The notes under the pieces are model-generated. The model made no database searches and was not told the DNA's origin. It saw only the letters and a program-made list of their open reading frames with translations. This document shows positions 42,187 to 51,689 of a DNA stretch of 64,000 bases, one piece after another. Origin of the DNA: Gemmatimonadota bacterium (GTDB lineage: Bacteria > Gemmatimonadota > Gemmatimonadetes > Gemmatimonadales > GWC2-71-9); contig JBDHAB010000004.1 in assembly GCA_039588295.1 (NCBI GenBank), positions 1-64,000 of the forward strand, given 5' to 3'. The number at the start of each line of letters is the position of its first letter. The stretch's first letter is position 1. A program made the translations under genes and the position numbers.

Positions 42187-43086
42187 TTAGGTGTTGGCTG
42201 CAGCGCGCTGGACCTGTTCCCAGGCGTGGTACGACGAACGCACGAGCGGGCCCGCCTCGACATGGCGGTAGCCCATCTCGAGGCCGAGTTCCCTGAGCTG
42301 GGTAAACTCGTCGGGAGTGTAAAACCGAGCGACCGGGAGATGGCCGTCCGACGGCCGGAGATACTGCCCGAGCGTGAGGATGTCGACTCCCTGGTCTCGC
42401 ACGTCGTGCATCGCGACGATCAACTCGTCCCACTCTTCGCCCAGCCCGCACATGATGCCGGACTTCGTGACGGCTGAGGGATCCATCTCCTTCGCGCGCC
42501 GCAACAGCCGCAATGCGCGATCGTATCGTCCCCCCGGCCGAGCGATGCGATACAGCCGGGCGATCGTCTCCAAATTATGGTTCAGAATGTCCGGCTGCGC
42601 ATCGACCACTATCTGCAGCGCTCGATCGGAACCCTTGAAGTCCGGGATCAGTACCTCGACCGACGCGTCGGCCATGCGCTGCCTGATCTGCGTCACACAC
42701 CCCGCAAACGCTTCCGCCCCACCGTTCGGCAGGTCATCCCGGTCCACACTCGTAATGACGATGTGCTTGAGCCCCATCCGGGTGACCGCCTCCGCCAACC
42801 GGCGAGGTTCGTCCTCGTCATGCGGATCGGGCGTCCCGTGTGCGACCGCGCAGTACGCGCAGTTCCGCGTGCAGACCTCGCCCAGGATCATAAACGTCGC
42901 CGCGCGATGCTCCCAGCACTCGCCGATATTCGGGCAATGCGCCTCTTCGCACACGGTATGGAGCTTCAGCTCGCGCATCATGTGCTTGACGCTGGCGTAG
43001 TTCGCACCACCAGGCGCCTTGACCTTGAGCCAGGCTGGCTTCCGCGGAGCGACCGGCCCGACCGGATTCAGCTGAACGAGTTCCAT
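42187..43086 (-). CDS. lipA: Lipoyl synthase
   Basis: CEEAHCPNIGEC; CTRNCAYC; RSSYHA. Confidence 0.98.
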   Translation of the reverse strand: MELVQLNPVGPVAPRKPAWLKVKAPGGANYASVKHMMRELKLHTVCEEAHCPNIGECWEHRAATFMILGEVCTRNCAYCAVAHGTPDPHDEDEPRRLAEAVTRMGLKHIVITSVDRDDLPNGGAEAFAGCVTQIRQRMADASVEVLIPDFKGSDRALQIVVDAQPDILNHNLETIARLYRIARPGGRYDRALRLLRRAKEMDPSAVTKSGIMCGLGEEWDELIVAMHDVRDQGVDILTLGQYLRPSDGHLPVARFYTPDEFTQLRELGLEMGYRHVEAGPLVRSSYHAWEQVQRAAANT

Positions 43087-43128
43087 GGGACGCGAAACAT
43101 AGCGAGCGCCGCGAGACGGGACCAGTTG

Positions 43129-43152
43129 TTTCTCAACCGGACGGTTGAGAAA
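43129..43152. terminator. Hairpin between thiO and lipA
   Basis: tttctcaaccg-ga-cggttgagaaa. Confidence 0.5.
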
Positions 43153-43166
43153 GAGCGCACTGGCGC

Positions 43167-44270
43167 TCAGGACACCCAGCTACGGTCGGGGGCGAGCAGC
43201 GAGAGGTCGTAGTCGACTTCCTCTCCGGTGATGAGTTGGGCGACGACCTCTCCGGTGATGCCGGCAAGGAGAATCCCGTTGCGGCCGTGACCGGTCGCGT
43301 ACCACAGATTCGGGATGCTGGTGTCTTGGCCGACCATGGGCCGGCCATCCGGAGTAACCGGCCGGAACCCGGCCCATGTGCGGGTGACCGGCGTGTTGCC
43401 CAGGGCGGGGTAGAGGCGCTGCGCGGCGGTCAACACCCGTGCCAACCCTTCGTCGGTCGTCGACGGATCGAACCCGACGCGCTCCATTGTCGATCCCGCG
43501 ATGGCTTCACCGTTTCGCTCGACGACGTAACCGCCCCCGCCGTACACGACGGCTCGGGGCTCCCCTGCGGGCCACAACAGCGCTGCCATCTGTCCCCGGA
43601 CCGGCTCGACTGGGAGTGGTCGCGGCAGCCCTTTCAGCTGGCCGGACCACGCGCCGGCCGAGATGATCACGGACCCCGCGTGACGCTCCCCGGTGGCGGT
43701 GCGTACGCCGGTCACGCGCCCGGCTTCGAACAGCAGCTGATCGGCGTGCTCACGCTCGACGTCCAGGGTGGCATGCCGTTGGCCGCTCTCGAGCAGCGCC
43801 CGGTGGAGGGCGGTCGGATCCAGACCGCCGTCTTCGGGTGCGAGCGCGGCACCAAGCGCCTCGGGGCCGATGCCGGGGGCGTACTCGCGGAGGTCCTCGA
43901 CGCTGAGCCACTCCACCGTGTAGCCGCTCTGCCGCTGCCACGCCATGGCACTCCGCAGCTCGTTCACGTCTTCCTCGGAGAAGGCCACCTGCAGAATGCC
44001 CTCGGTCCAGAGACCGATGTCGATCCCTGTCTCCGCCTCGAGCGTGCTCCTCAGCTCATGGTAGTAGTCACGGGCGCGGACGCAGAACCCGAGGAACGGG
44101 TCTTCCGCGCGAGCTTCGGCAAACGGAGCCAGCATCCCGGCGGCCGCCTGGGTCGCGGCGCCCGGATGCGGTTGGTCGAGAAGGGTGACCCGCATGCCCC
44201 GTCGTGCCAGTCCGTGAGCGCACGCCGCGCCGATGATGCCGCCGCCGACTACCAGTGCGTCAGGCTGCAT
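43167..44270 (-). CDS. thiO: Glycine oxidase ThiO-like FAD oxidoreductase
   Basis: GGGIIG; AAAGMLAP; PVRGQM; WAGFRP; GHGRNGILLA. Confidence 0.88.
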   Translation of the reverse strand: MQPDALVVGGGIIGAACAHGLARRGMRVTLLDQPHPGAATQAAAGMLAPFAEARAEDPFLGFCVRARDYYHELRSTLEAETGIDIGLWTEGILQVAFSEEDVNELRSAMAWQRQSGYTVEWLSVEDLREYAPGIGPEALGAALAPEDGGLDPTALHRALLESGQRHATLDVEREHADQLLFEAGRVTGVRTATGERHAGSVIISAGAWSGQLKGLPRPLPVEPVRGQMAALLWPAGEPRAVVYGGGGYVVERNGEAIAGSTMERVGFDPSTTDEGLARVLTAAQRLYPALGNTPVTRTWAGFRPVTPDGRPMVGQDTSIPNLWYATGHGRNGILLAGITGEVVAQLITGEEVDYDLSLLAPDRSWVS

Positions 44271-44346
44271 CCCGTCCTTGAGCTGAAACTCGGTGTCTCA
44301 TAGCTTCGTACAGTACCCTGAAAGCGCTCTTTCCGGGAGGCAAGTA

Positions 44347-44559
44347 ATGGTTCGCGCGATTGTAGGCTACGCCGTCCTCGCCATCGTCGGCATTGTAGCG
44401 CTTAAGCTGCTGTTCGGGCTCCTGAGCATCGCATTCAGCCTCGTCTGGGCTTTGCTGTGGTTGGCGCTCCTCGGGTTCGTGTTCTACCTGATCCTCAAAG
44501 TGGTGAGTCCCAAGACGGCACAGCGGGTGAAGGACAAGATCAAAGGGGAGCCTGAGTAG
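44347..44559 (+). CDS. Small membrane protein
   Basis: RBS GGAGG; two TM segments and a basic C-tail. Confidence 0.8.
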   Translation: MVRAIVGYAVLAIVGIVALKLLFGLLSIAFSLVWALLWLALLGFVFYLILKVVSPKTAQRVKDKIKGEPE

Positions 44560-44591
44560 TTGGGGCAGGCGCGATCGAAGGGTTGAAGAGC

Positions 44592-44617
44592 ACCGGGGCC
44601 CCAGTTGGGGCCCCGGT
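44592..44617. terminator. Hairpin between convergent genes
   Basis: accggggcccca-gt-tggggccccggt. Confidence 0.65.
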
Positions 44618-44640
44618 CGTGTTGTGGTGGCAAGCCGATC

Positions 44641-45420
44641 TTACCGCGAGCCCTCGTCGGGCGGCAGCTCATCCCGGATCTCACGGAGACGCAGTGTGAT
44701 CGTGGCGATCGAGGCGAATTTGAGCTTGAGCTGGACCATGATCCGGCGCTCGTCGTCGCTCAGCCACATTCGCGGTTCCTTGGCTTCCTCGAGAATCCCC
44801 CGGCCCTGAATGATGGGGCGCACCACCACCGTGGGGAAACGGCCCGCCGGGAGGTCGAGCGTGTCCCGTCCCAGCACTTCGAGCACGACGGGGTTGCGGT
44901 CGGGACGGAAGTACCGGTCGAACTCATAGCGCTCCCCCTCCTCGAGCTCGACGGTCCGCACGAAGTAGAAGAACGCCGCATCGTCCAGGGGGCGCTCCGA
45001 CGTGGGGAAGATCGAATCGACGCCGTCTTGCCGGTAGTAGCCCGAGTCGGGGAAGATCTCATAGGCCGTGTAGCGGTCTGATTTCCCTTCATGGAAGTCC
45101 TGCACGAAGCGGCGCGAGGCGAAATCGCGGAGTCCGAGCCAGGAATCCATACGATCGTCCAGACGGTAGAAGAACGAGCCTCCGCGGAGCCGAAAGACTA
45201 CGTGCAGGGACGGCTCGCCGCGGATCGTGTCGACGCCGGCGATGTGCATCAGCCCTTGGCCGAGCGTGAGAATCCCGAAGCGGGCATCGTACAGGAGCGT
45301 CTCGCCCACGGGGAATTGTGCGGCGAACGCTCGCGTCGAGTCCGCAGGCGTTTGGGCCGTGGCAACGGACCCCGTGCCGAGGAGCCCGACCACGAATACC
45401 GCGAGGACACGCATCGTCAC
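44641..45420 (-). CDS. DUF3108-like secreted protein
   Basis: FPVGETLLY; TLDLPAGRFPT; MWLSDDERRIMV. Confidence 0.8.
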   Translation of the reverse strand: MTMRVLAVFVVGLLGTGSVATAQTPADSTRAFAAQFPVGETLLYDARFGILTLGQGLMHIAGVDTIRGEPSLHVVFRLRGGSFFYRLDDRMDSWLGLRDFASRRFVQDFHEGKSDRYTAYEIFPDSGYYRQDGVDSIFPTSERPLDDAAFFYFVRTVELEEGERYEFDRYFRPDRNPVVLEVLGRDTLDLPAGRFPTVVVRPIIQGRGILEEAKEPRMWLSDDERRIMVQLKLKFASIATITLRLREIRDELPPDEGSR

Positions 45421-46166
45421 GGGCGTTGCGCCGAGATCGAGGGAGCGGGAATATCGAGTCGTCGTCCTGCGCGATACATCCGCAGGGCAGCGGCGAACGG
45501 GCCATCGGCGTCGGCACTGGTGTGACCGTTTCCTGATCGTGTGATCTCCACGGTCGCGATCTGACGGGCGTTGGTGGCCGCCCGAGCTACCAACTCGGCG
45601 TTGGCGCAGACGCCGTCGGTCTCCAGCAGACGATCGGGACGGTCCCGATAGCAGGTCTTGAGCGTCACCAGCCGGATGACCGATACCCCTGACAGCAGAT
45701 CCCGCACGCCAGGTACGGCGATCCCGGGTCGGAGCAACCACGGTGCCGAGCGGCGGACGAGCCGCATGCCCCACGTGGTGTCACGTTCTCGCAACTCGCC
45801 GACGACCACGTCGGCCCCGGATTCGAACCTGCGGATGAGGTCTGGGAGGACGGCCGGTGATACGGTGAAATCGGCTGGGAGCGTGGCCACACAGTCGCGT
45901 TTGGGACGGTCGGTTCGCGCCAGGGCGTCCAGGAGCAGCGCGTTGAGGCACGCCGCCTTTCCCTGTGGGGTTCCGAGACGCACCAGGGTCATGGGTAACG
46001 CCCGCTGGTAGGTCTCGAGCGTCTCACGCGTTCCATCGGTCGACGCATCGTCTGCCACCAGGATGTGGTATTCGCGCGAGGACTCCTGGAACACCTTGCG
46101 CAGCTTCCAGAGGAGCAGCCCGATCGTCGGGCTGTTGTTCCGCGTCGCGACACACACGTAGATCAC
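45417..46166 (-). CDS. GT2-family glycosyltransferase (divergent)
   Basis: ILVADDASTDGT; QGKAACL; the usual DxD appears as PAD. Confidence 0.8.
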   Translation of the reverse strand: MIYVCVATRNNSPTIGLLLWKLRKVFQESSREYHILVADDASTDGTRETLETYQRALPMTLVRLGTPQGKAACLNALLLDALARTDRPKRDCVATLPADFTVSPAVLPDLIRRFESGADVVVGELRERDTTWGMRLVRRSAPWLLRPGIAVPGVRDLLSGVSVIRLVTLKTCYRDRPDRLLETDGVCANAELVARAATNARQIATVEITRSGNGHTSADADGPFAAALRMYRAGRRLDIPAPSISAQRP

Positions 46167-46306
46167 GGCCGGCCGTCCCGGTTCTCGCGTTTTATGAGGC
46201 AGCTCACAGCAACGGAGACGCAACCTACCGACAATACCGTCGGAGCCGCCAAAAGGTTCAGGCGGAGCAATCTAGCTACGGGGCCAAGAGAAGAGGATAG
46301 CCGCTG

Positions 46307-46333
46307 CTAGCACTCGGATCTTCTCGCTGCCAA
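46307..46333. promoter_or_regulatory. Degenerate CIRCE-like element
   Basis: CTAGCACTC-N9-CGCTGCCAA versus consensus TTAGCACTC-N9-GAGTGCTAA. Confidence 0.45.
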
Positions 46334-46403
46334 ATCGGCCGACACCACCGAGCAGATTGCTCGGGAACCGGTGTTTTGGTGAGAGAGTAGTAACGGTTGG
46401 AGG

Positions 46404-47135
46404 GTGTTGCGCATGGTCCTCGCGAATCTGAGACAACGGATGACCGCCGGTGACGTCGCGCTGATCATCCGCGTGCTTGCACGAGATGATGCTGCGCGTC
46501 GTGCCGCCTTGGAGCAGCGGGCCGCGACTTGCGGGGTCGATGACCTGCTCGACGTCGACCATTTGCCGCAGCTGCTCCAGGATGTGCAGGAGCTCGGTAC
46601 CCCATCGGCTGCACTGTTCCTCTACGTCACCGTGCGCCACACGCTGCGCAGTGTGGGCATCGACGACCGCCACCTGAGTGACTACCTGGGTGCGCTGATC
46701 TTCGAGTTCGGGCTCCGCGATCGGGCATTTCGTGTGAGCCGGAGCGACGACGAGGTCTACCGCTATCTCACGGACCTCCTCGCTGACGTCGGTCGCGTGT
46801 CGGGGCGGCGCGGGTTCCTGCTGCGCGCGCACCTGGGCAACTTCAGTCTTTGGCTCGCGGGGTTGTTTCCGGACTTCATTGCGGCGAGGAGGGTGCGTCG
46901 AGGCGCGCCGGGTCTCCGGTTCTACGAGGAACTTGGCGCCCGGGGATTCAGCCTCGCCTCCGATCACCACTTGGCACACCAGCTCGATCTCGTCGACATC
47001 TACCGGGCCGCCGCCCAGCGGTTCTCGACGCTTCGCGTGGCGCTCAACCGACTCTCAGACCGACTGCTGTTCCCCAACGCCCACTCGCCCGCACGCCTGC
47101 TCCGGCAGGTCGAGGATGAATTCGCGCACCCGTAG
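46404..47135 (+). CDS. Hypothetical helical protein
   Basis: RBS GGAGG; coding-like ORF; AHLGNFSLWLAGLFPD motif. Confidence 0.8.
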   Translation: MLRMVLANLRQRMTAGDVALIIRVLARDDAARRAALEQRAATCGVDDLLDVDHLPQLLQDVQELGTPSAALFLYVTVRHTLRSVGIDDRHLSDYLGALIFEFGLRDRAFRVSRSDDEVYRYLTDLLADVGRVSGRRGFLLRAHLGNFSLWLAGLFPDFIAARRVRRGAPGLRFYEELGARGFSLASDHHLAHQLDLVDIYRAAAQRFSTLRVALNRLSDRLLFPNAHSPARLLRQVEDEFAHP

Positions 47136-47188
47136 CCGGCTGTGGTCCCGCGGCGAAACGTCGAGCGGATTCGCGCGACCGTGCGTCG

Positions 47189-47677
47189 CTACGTCTCGGT
47201 GGTGTCGATCCGAGCGAACAACGGACAACGTGGGTTGCTGACCGCCCCCCAACTCACACGCAGGCCGTAGAGCGGCACCATGTAGCTGCCGTTCGTGACG
47301 CCGCCCAAGAGCGGGTATCCCGTGGGCGGCTCGACGTCGTAGATCAGCACACCCATGAAGGCGTCGGTCGAGTCCTCGACGAGGGCCAAGCCGAAGCCGG
47401 GACGCGTCGGGAATCCTTCGCCGTCATACGCGACGATCGGCCCGTCCGGGCTCTCCCCCACGAGCGCTGGCATCGTGCCGTAACCGGGGACCCGGGCGGC
47501 CACCGTGCCCCGGAGGTCCATGGGGACGTCGGTGATCACCTTTGACCCACCGCGAAGCTGTTCGAGCACCAGGGCGGCGCCCGCCATAATGGAAATCCCG
47601 CAACTGGCGGTGTTCTCGGGATTGGTCTGGCCGCAGGCGAGCGCAACGATCGGGGTAAGCAACAGTAGCCGCCGCAT
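47189..47677 (-). CDS. Hypothetical lipoprotein
   Basis: MRRLLLLTPIVALAC lipobox. Confidence 0.75.
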   Translation of the reverse strand: MRRLLLLTPIVALACGQTNPENTASCGISIMAGAALVLEQLRGGSKVITDVPMDLRGTVAARVPGYGTMPALVGESPDGPIVAYDGEGFPTRPGFGLALVEDSTDAFMGVLIYDVEPPTGYPLLGGVTNGSYMVPLYGLRVSWGAVSNPRCPLFARIDTTET

Positions 47678-47827
47678 GACCAATTGTACCGCGGCGGCGG
47701 ACGGTGGGCCAGCGGGTATTCGGCCGCCGGAGCGTGCCGGGTCGTTCGCACCATCGCTCGCTTGACCGGGTCTGAGGTGGCGGATATCGTTTTGCCAGGG
47801 AACCCGTGTCGCGAGGGGTGAGGGGAC

Positions 47828-47992
47828 ATGCCTACATATGATTATCGCTGTGATCAGTGTCGCAAGCGCTTCTCCGTGGTCGAATCGATCTCCCGCCATG
47901 GTGCGAGACGCCCCAAGTGCCCAAAGTGTAAGTCCACGAAGGTCACGCGAGAGCTCGCACCCTTCTATGCCAAGACCGCGAAGAAGAGCTAG
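47828..47992 (+). CDS. FmdB-family zinc-ribbon protein
   Basis: MPTYDYRCDQC..CPKC, 54 aa; RBS GAGGGG; absent from the ORF track. Confidence 0.9.
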   Translation: MPTYDYRCDQCRKRFSVVESISRHGARRPKCPKCKSTKVTRELAPFYAKTAKKS

Positions 47993-48558
47993 TGTTTGAG
48001 CGCCTGCGCGACGCGATCAATGCAGCGCTCGATGCCGCCGGGTCGGACGACCTGAATGCCGCTGCCTCGAAGATGCGTGAGGCGGTCATCGAAGCACGGA
48101 CGTCCATCGAAGCGATGCGGCAAGGGGTCAAGGAGACCGATCTCCAACTCGGCCTGGAGCGCAAACGGCTTGCCGACGCGGAGCGGCGAGGCCGGCTGGC
48201 TCGGGGAATCCAGGACGATGAGACGGTCGAGGTAGCGGACCGCTTTGCTGCGAAGCACCGGGAACGGGTTGAAGTACTCGAGCAGAAGCTCGACGCGCAG
48301 CGTCAGGAACTCGGGCTCGCCGAGCGGGAATTCGAGGAGATGAAGACCCAGCTTGTCGAGTTCGAACGCAGTCGTCCAGCGAGTGACGCGGCGCGCCGGG
48401 TGGAGTCTGCCTGGCAGGGAATCGAAGCGGCCGGTGGCCACCGTCCCGGGACGGACGTCAAGGACGAACTGCTGCAGTCGCGGCTCGACCGTTCGGCGCG
48501 CGAGGCGCGGGCCGAGCAGCAACTCGAAGAGCTCAAGAAGAAGATGGGCAAAGGATAG
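47992..48558 (+). CDS. PspA/IM30-like coiled-coil protein
   Basis: Amphipathic start MFERLRDAINAALD; AERRGRLARGIQDDE hairpin; ends LEELKKKM. Confidence 0.72.
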   Translation: MFERLRDAINAALDAAGSDDLNAAASKMREAVIEARTSIEAMRQGVKETDLQLGLERKRLADAERRGRLARGIQDDETVEVADRFAAKHRERVEVLEQKLDAQRQELGLAEREFEEMKTQLVEFERSRPASDAARRVESAWQGIEAAGGHRPGTDVKDELLQSRLDRSAREARAEQQLEELKKKMGKG

Positions 48559-48567
48559 GGGGGGACC

Positions 48568-48963
48568 GTGGAGATCAAAGCTGGCCAGATGGTCTACTTG
48601 GGGTATGGCAAGTACTGGCGGTCGGACGCCATCGTCGGACTGAGGCCGATCGAACAGGAACGTGGTCCTGGTCGGCGGACCGAAGTCTACACGGCCTCGC
48701 TGGAAGATCCCATCGTTGCGTCGCGCAGCGAACGGGCCATTCTCCGGGACATGGCCGTGGCCAGCGACGAGCAGTTCCGTATGCAGGAAGCTCGGGAGAT
48801 CATGGCGGACCTCCAGGACAACCTGGACGATGTTCCCGATGTGCTGCGCCGCATGCTTGCCACGGAAGCCCACTTCGATGTTGCCGCTTGGGTTCGCCGG
48901 TTGAAGGCCCTCATGAAGTCGGAGGGCGAGGCGTCCGACGACCAGAGCGAGCTCTTCGACTGA
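48568..48963 (+). CDS. Hypothetical protein, weakly RemA/DUF370-like
   Basis: VYLGYGKYWRSDAIVGL..GRRTEV..PIVASRSERAI; RBS GGGGG. Confidence 0.7.
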   Translation: MEIKAGQMVYLGYGKYWRSDAIVGLRPIEQERGPGRRTEVYTASLEDPIVASRSERAILRDMAVASDEQFRMQEAREIMADLQDNLDDVPDVLRRMLATEAHFDVAAWVRRLKALMKSEGEASDDQSELFD

Positions 48964-49024
48964 TGTTGACAGGCCGGCCGCGGGCCGGTCACGTCCCTCC
49001 GTTGTGAACGTTCCCCGGTCGCGA

Positions 49025-50518
49025 CTACTCGGTTGCGGCGTCAGTCGAGAAGAATGGCCTCCACTTGTGTTCCGGTGACGGCGGCGTGAGCAAGCTCACG
49101 ATCACGAGCAGGCTCATCGAGATCAGCACGCCCGGAATCACGATGTACTGGCTGTCGGCGAAGTCGAACTGGCCCCCCGCGATCGTCATGGTGAAACTCA
49201 CCCCAAGCCGGTTGAGGACTCCGATCGCGAGAATACTCCCCATGCCGCCCGCAATGCATGCCACACCTCCTTGTGGCGTGACCCGTTTCCACAAGAATGC
49301 CGCGAGCAGGACCGGCGTAAGACTCGCGCCGACCAGGGAGTAGGCGTACAGCGCCATCTGGAGCACGGTCTGGAACTGCGTGAGGAGCAACGTTCCCAGC
49401 GCGCCGAACAGCACGATGACCACTCGCTGGAGTGTGACCATCTGCTTCTCCGTCGCGTGCGGGTTGACGAAGCGTTGGTAGATGTCGCGACTCACGTTGG
49501 TGGATGGAACGAGGAGGAACGTGTTGCCGGTGGACAGCACGATCGCCACGGCCGCGGCGAGGAGCACGGCACCCCCTACCACCGGCAGCCCGTTGCGCGC
49601 CACGTGCATGATCACGGTCTCCGACGCGGCACGCCCGACAATCGACGTCTGCTCGTCGAGATCGGGAAACGCGGCGCGCCCTACGATCGCCACGAGTGCC
49701 AGTGCGGTCTCGATGACCACGACGCCGACTACCATGCCGATCACCGCTCTGCGGGCCGCGCGTTCGTTCTTGGCCGAGAAGAACTTCTGATACATCCCAC
49801 TCTCGCCGAGGAGCAAGAGGAACGTCGGCAACGACACGCCGATGACCCACAGGAAGTTGTGGCCGCCGGTGACGGTGAGGTGCTCCTGCGGCAGCTGGTC
49901 GATCACCGCTCCCACCCCGCCCATCTGAACGACCATGTAGGGCAGCGTGAGCAGAACCGCGACCGTGATGATGATGCCATTGAAGACGTCGACGGTCACG
50001 ATCGAGACCATGCCGGCCAAGGCGGTGAACAGGACGATCGCACCGGCGGTGATCAGCATGCCGACGGTGGGATCGATCCGTCCGTCCGTCACAATGCTGA
50101 GGATCCAACCACCGCCCCGGAACTGGTACGCCGCGATGGTCACATACGCCAGAATGATGGCGAGCGTGCCGAGGACACGGGCTGCGGCGTTGTACCGCTG
50201 TTCCAACAGGTCCGGCACCGTGTACTGCGCGATGCGGCGCACTCGGCCCGCCAGGAAGTAGGCGACGATCAGGCCCATCCACGCTCCAAAGGAGAACCAC
50301 AGTTCCGAAATGCCCGACCGGTACGCCAGGCCCGCGCCGCCGAACAGCGACCCAGATCCGATCCATGTGCAGACGAGCGTGCCAACGAGGAGCGTAACGG
50401 GCACCGCCCGCCCGGCCACCATGAAGTCGTCGTGGCCCTTCACAGTTCGGGATCGCCAGACACTCACGCCGATGAGAATGAGGGGATAGAGCAAGACAAC
50501 GGCGACGAGAAGGCTCAT
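49025..50518 (-). CDS. Sodium:solute symporter family protein
   Basis: DDFMVAGR; TWIGSGS; YTVPDLLEQRY; ~13 TM segments. Confidence 0.93.
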   Translation of the reverse strand: MSLLVAVVLLYPLILIGVSVWRSRTVKGHDDFMVAGRAVPVTLLVGTLVCTWIGSGSLFGGAGLAYRSGISELWFSFGAWMGLIVAYFLAGRVRRIAQYTVPDLLEQRYNAAARVLGTLAIILAYVTIAAYQFRGGGWILSIVTDGRIDPTVGMLITAGAIVLFTALAGMVSIVTVDVFNGIIITVAVLLTLPYMVVQMGGVGAVIDQLPQEHLTVTGGHNFLWVIGVSLPTFLLLLGESGMYQKFFSAKNERAARRAVIGMVVGVVVIETALALVAIVGRAAFPDLDEQTSIVGRAASETVIMHVARNGLPVVGGAVLLAAAVAIVLSTGNTFLLVPSTNVSRDIYQRFVNPHATEKQMVTLQRVVIVLFGALGTLLLTQFQTVLQMALYAYSLVGASLTPVLLAAFLWKRVTPQGGVACIAGGMGSILAIGVLNRLGVSFTMTIAGGQFDFADSQYIVIPGVLISMSLLVIVSLLTPPSPEHKWRPFFSTDAATE

Positions 50519-50648
50519 GCGGTTCCTCCTGCTGCGGCGACCAGGCGGTCACGGCTCGATGGGAGCGGGCGATGGTGCTCGGCGGAAGCGCGCCAAAGAT
50601 GGGCCGCGCCAAACGAGGACGCAACTGGCATTACGGTGCCGGGTTCGG

Positions 50649-51689
50649 TCACGCAGGGTCGTCGGGTGCGTGGCCGGTGGGTCGGGCGGCGACGGACGGT
50701 ACGGGAATCGGCTCGTCGCTGTAGTGACACGCGACATGGCGTTCCGGCTCAACGTTGCGGAGCGCGGGAGCCTCCGCGCGACAGCGCTCGTCCTTGCGCG
50801 GATGCGGACAGCGTTCGTGAAACGCACAGCCACGTGGCCGTTCAGTCGCGCGCTTCGTCTCGTCCGCCAACACGATACGGGTGGCTTGTCTCGCGGGGTC
50901 CGGCGTTGGGATCGCGGAGAGCAAGGAAGTCGTGTACGGATGGAGTGGGCGAGTAAACAGGGTGGCGGTCGGCGCGCTCTCGGCCAACCGCCCGGCGTAC
51001 ATCACTGCCACGCGCTCGGCAAGGTGCCGCACCACGGCCAGGTCGTGTGCAATGAACAAGTAGGTCAGGTGCCGACGCGCGCGAAGGTCGGCGAGCAGAT
51101 TGAGCACCTGGGCTTGCACCGAGACGTCGAGCGCGGAAACGGGCTCGTCCAACACTAATAATTCCGCCTCCACCGAGAGCGCCCGTGCGATTCCCACCCG
51201 CTGACGTTGACCGCCTGACAGCTCGTGGGGGTATTGCCCGACGTGCGACGCGTCCAGCCCGACCTCCCCGAAGAGCTCGACCACGCGGGCATCGGCAGCG
51301 CGACCGCGGTAGAGTCGGTGTACCACCATGGGCTCGCGAACGGCGGCCCCGACCATCATTCGCGGATTGAGGGATCCCGCGGAATCTTGAAACACGACCT
51401 GCATGCGGCGTCGCAGCGTCCGTAACGAGCGGCGGTCCAGCGCGAGTAAATCGTGCCCGTCGAACCGCACGGTTCCCTCACTCGGCTCGAGCAGCCGCAG
51501 GATCAGCCGGCCGAGGGTCGTCTTGCCACTGCCGCTCTCGCCTACGAGCCCGACGGCTTCGCCGCGCGCGATGCTGAGCGTGACATCGTCCACCGCACGG
51601 ATGACTCTACTGCCGGTCCCCAAGAACCCACCGAAGCGGAATTCCTTGATCAGGGACTGTGCCTCGACGAGTGGATGCGGTTCGGTCAT
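50649..51689 (-). CDS. oppF: Oligopeptide ABC ATPase (OppF/DppF)
   Basis: GESGSGKT; YPHELSGGQRQR; DEPVSALDVS; HPYT. Confidence 0.92.
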   Translation of the reverse strand: MTEPHPLVEAQSLIKEFRFGGFLGTGSRVIRAVDDVTLSIARGEAVGLVGESGSGKTTLGRLILRLLEPSEGTVRFDGHDLLALDRRSLRTLRRRMQVVFQDSAGSLNPRMMVGAAVREPMVVHRLYRGRAADARVVELFGEVGLDASHVGQYPHELSGGQRQRVGIARALSVEAELLVLDEPVSALDVSVQAQVLNLLADLRARRHLTYLFIAHDLAVVRHLAERVAVMYAGRLAESAPTATLFTRPLHPYTTSLLSAIPTPDPARQATRIVLADETKRATERPRGCAFHERCPHPRKDERCRAEAPALRNVEPERHVACHYSDEPIPVPSVAARPTGHAPDDPA

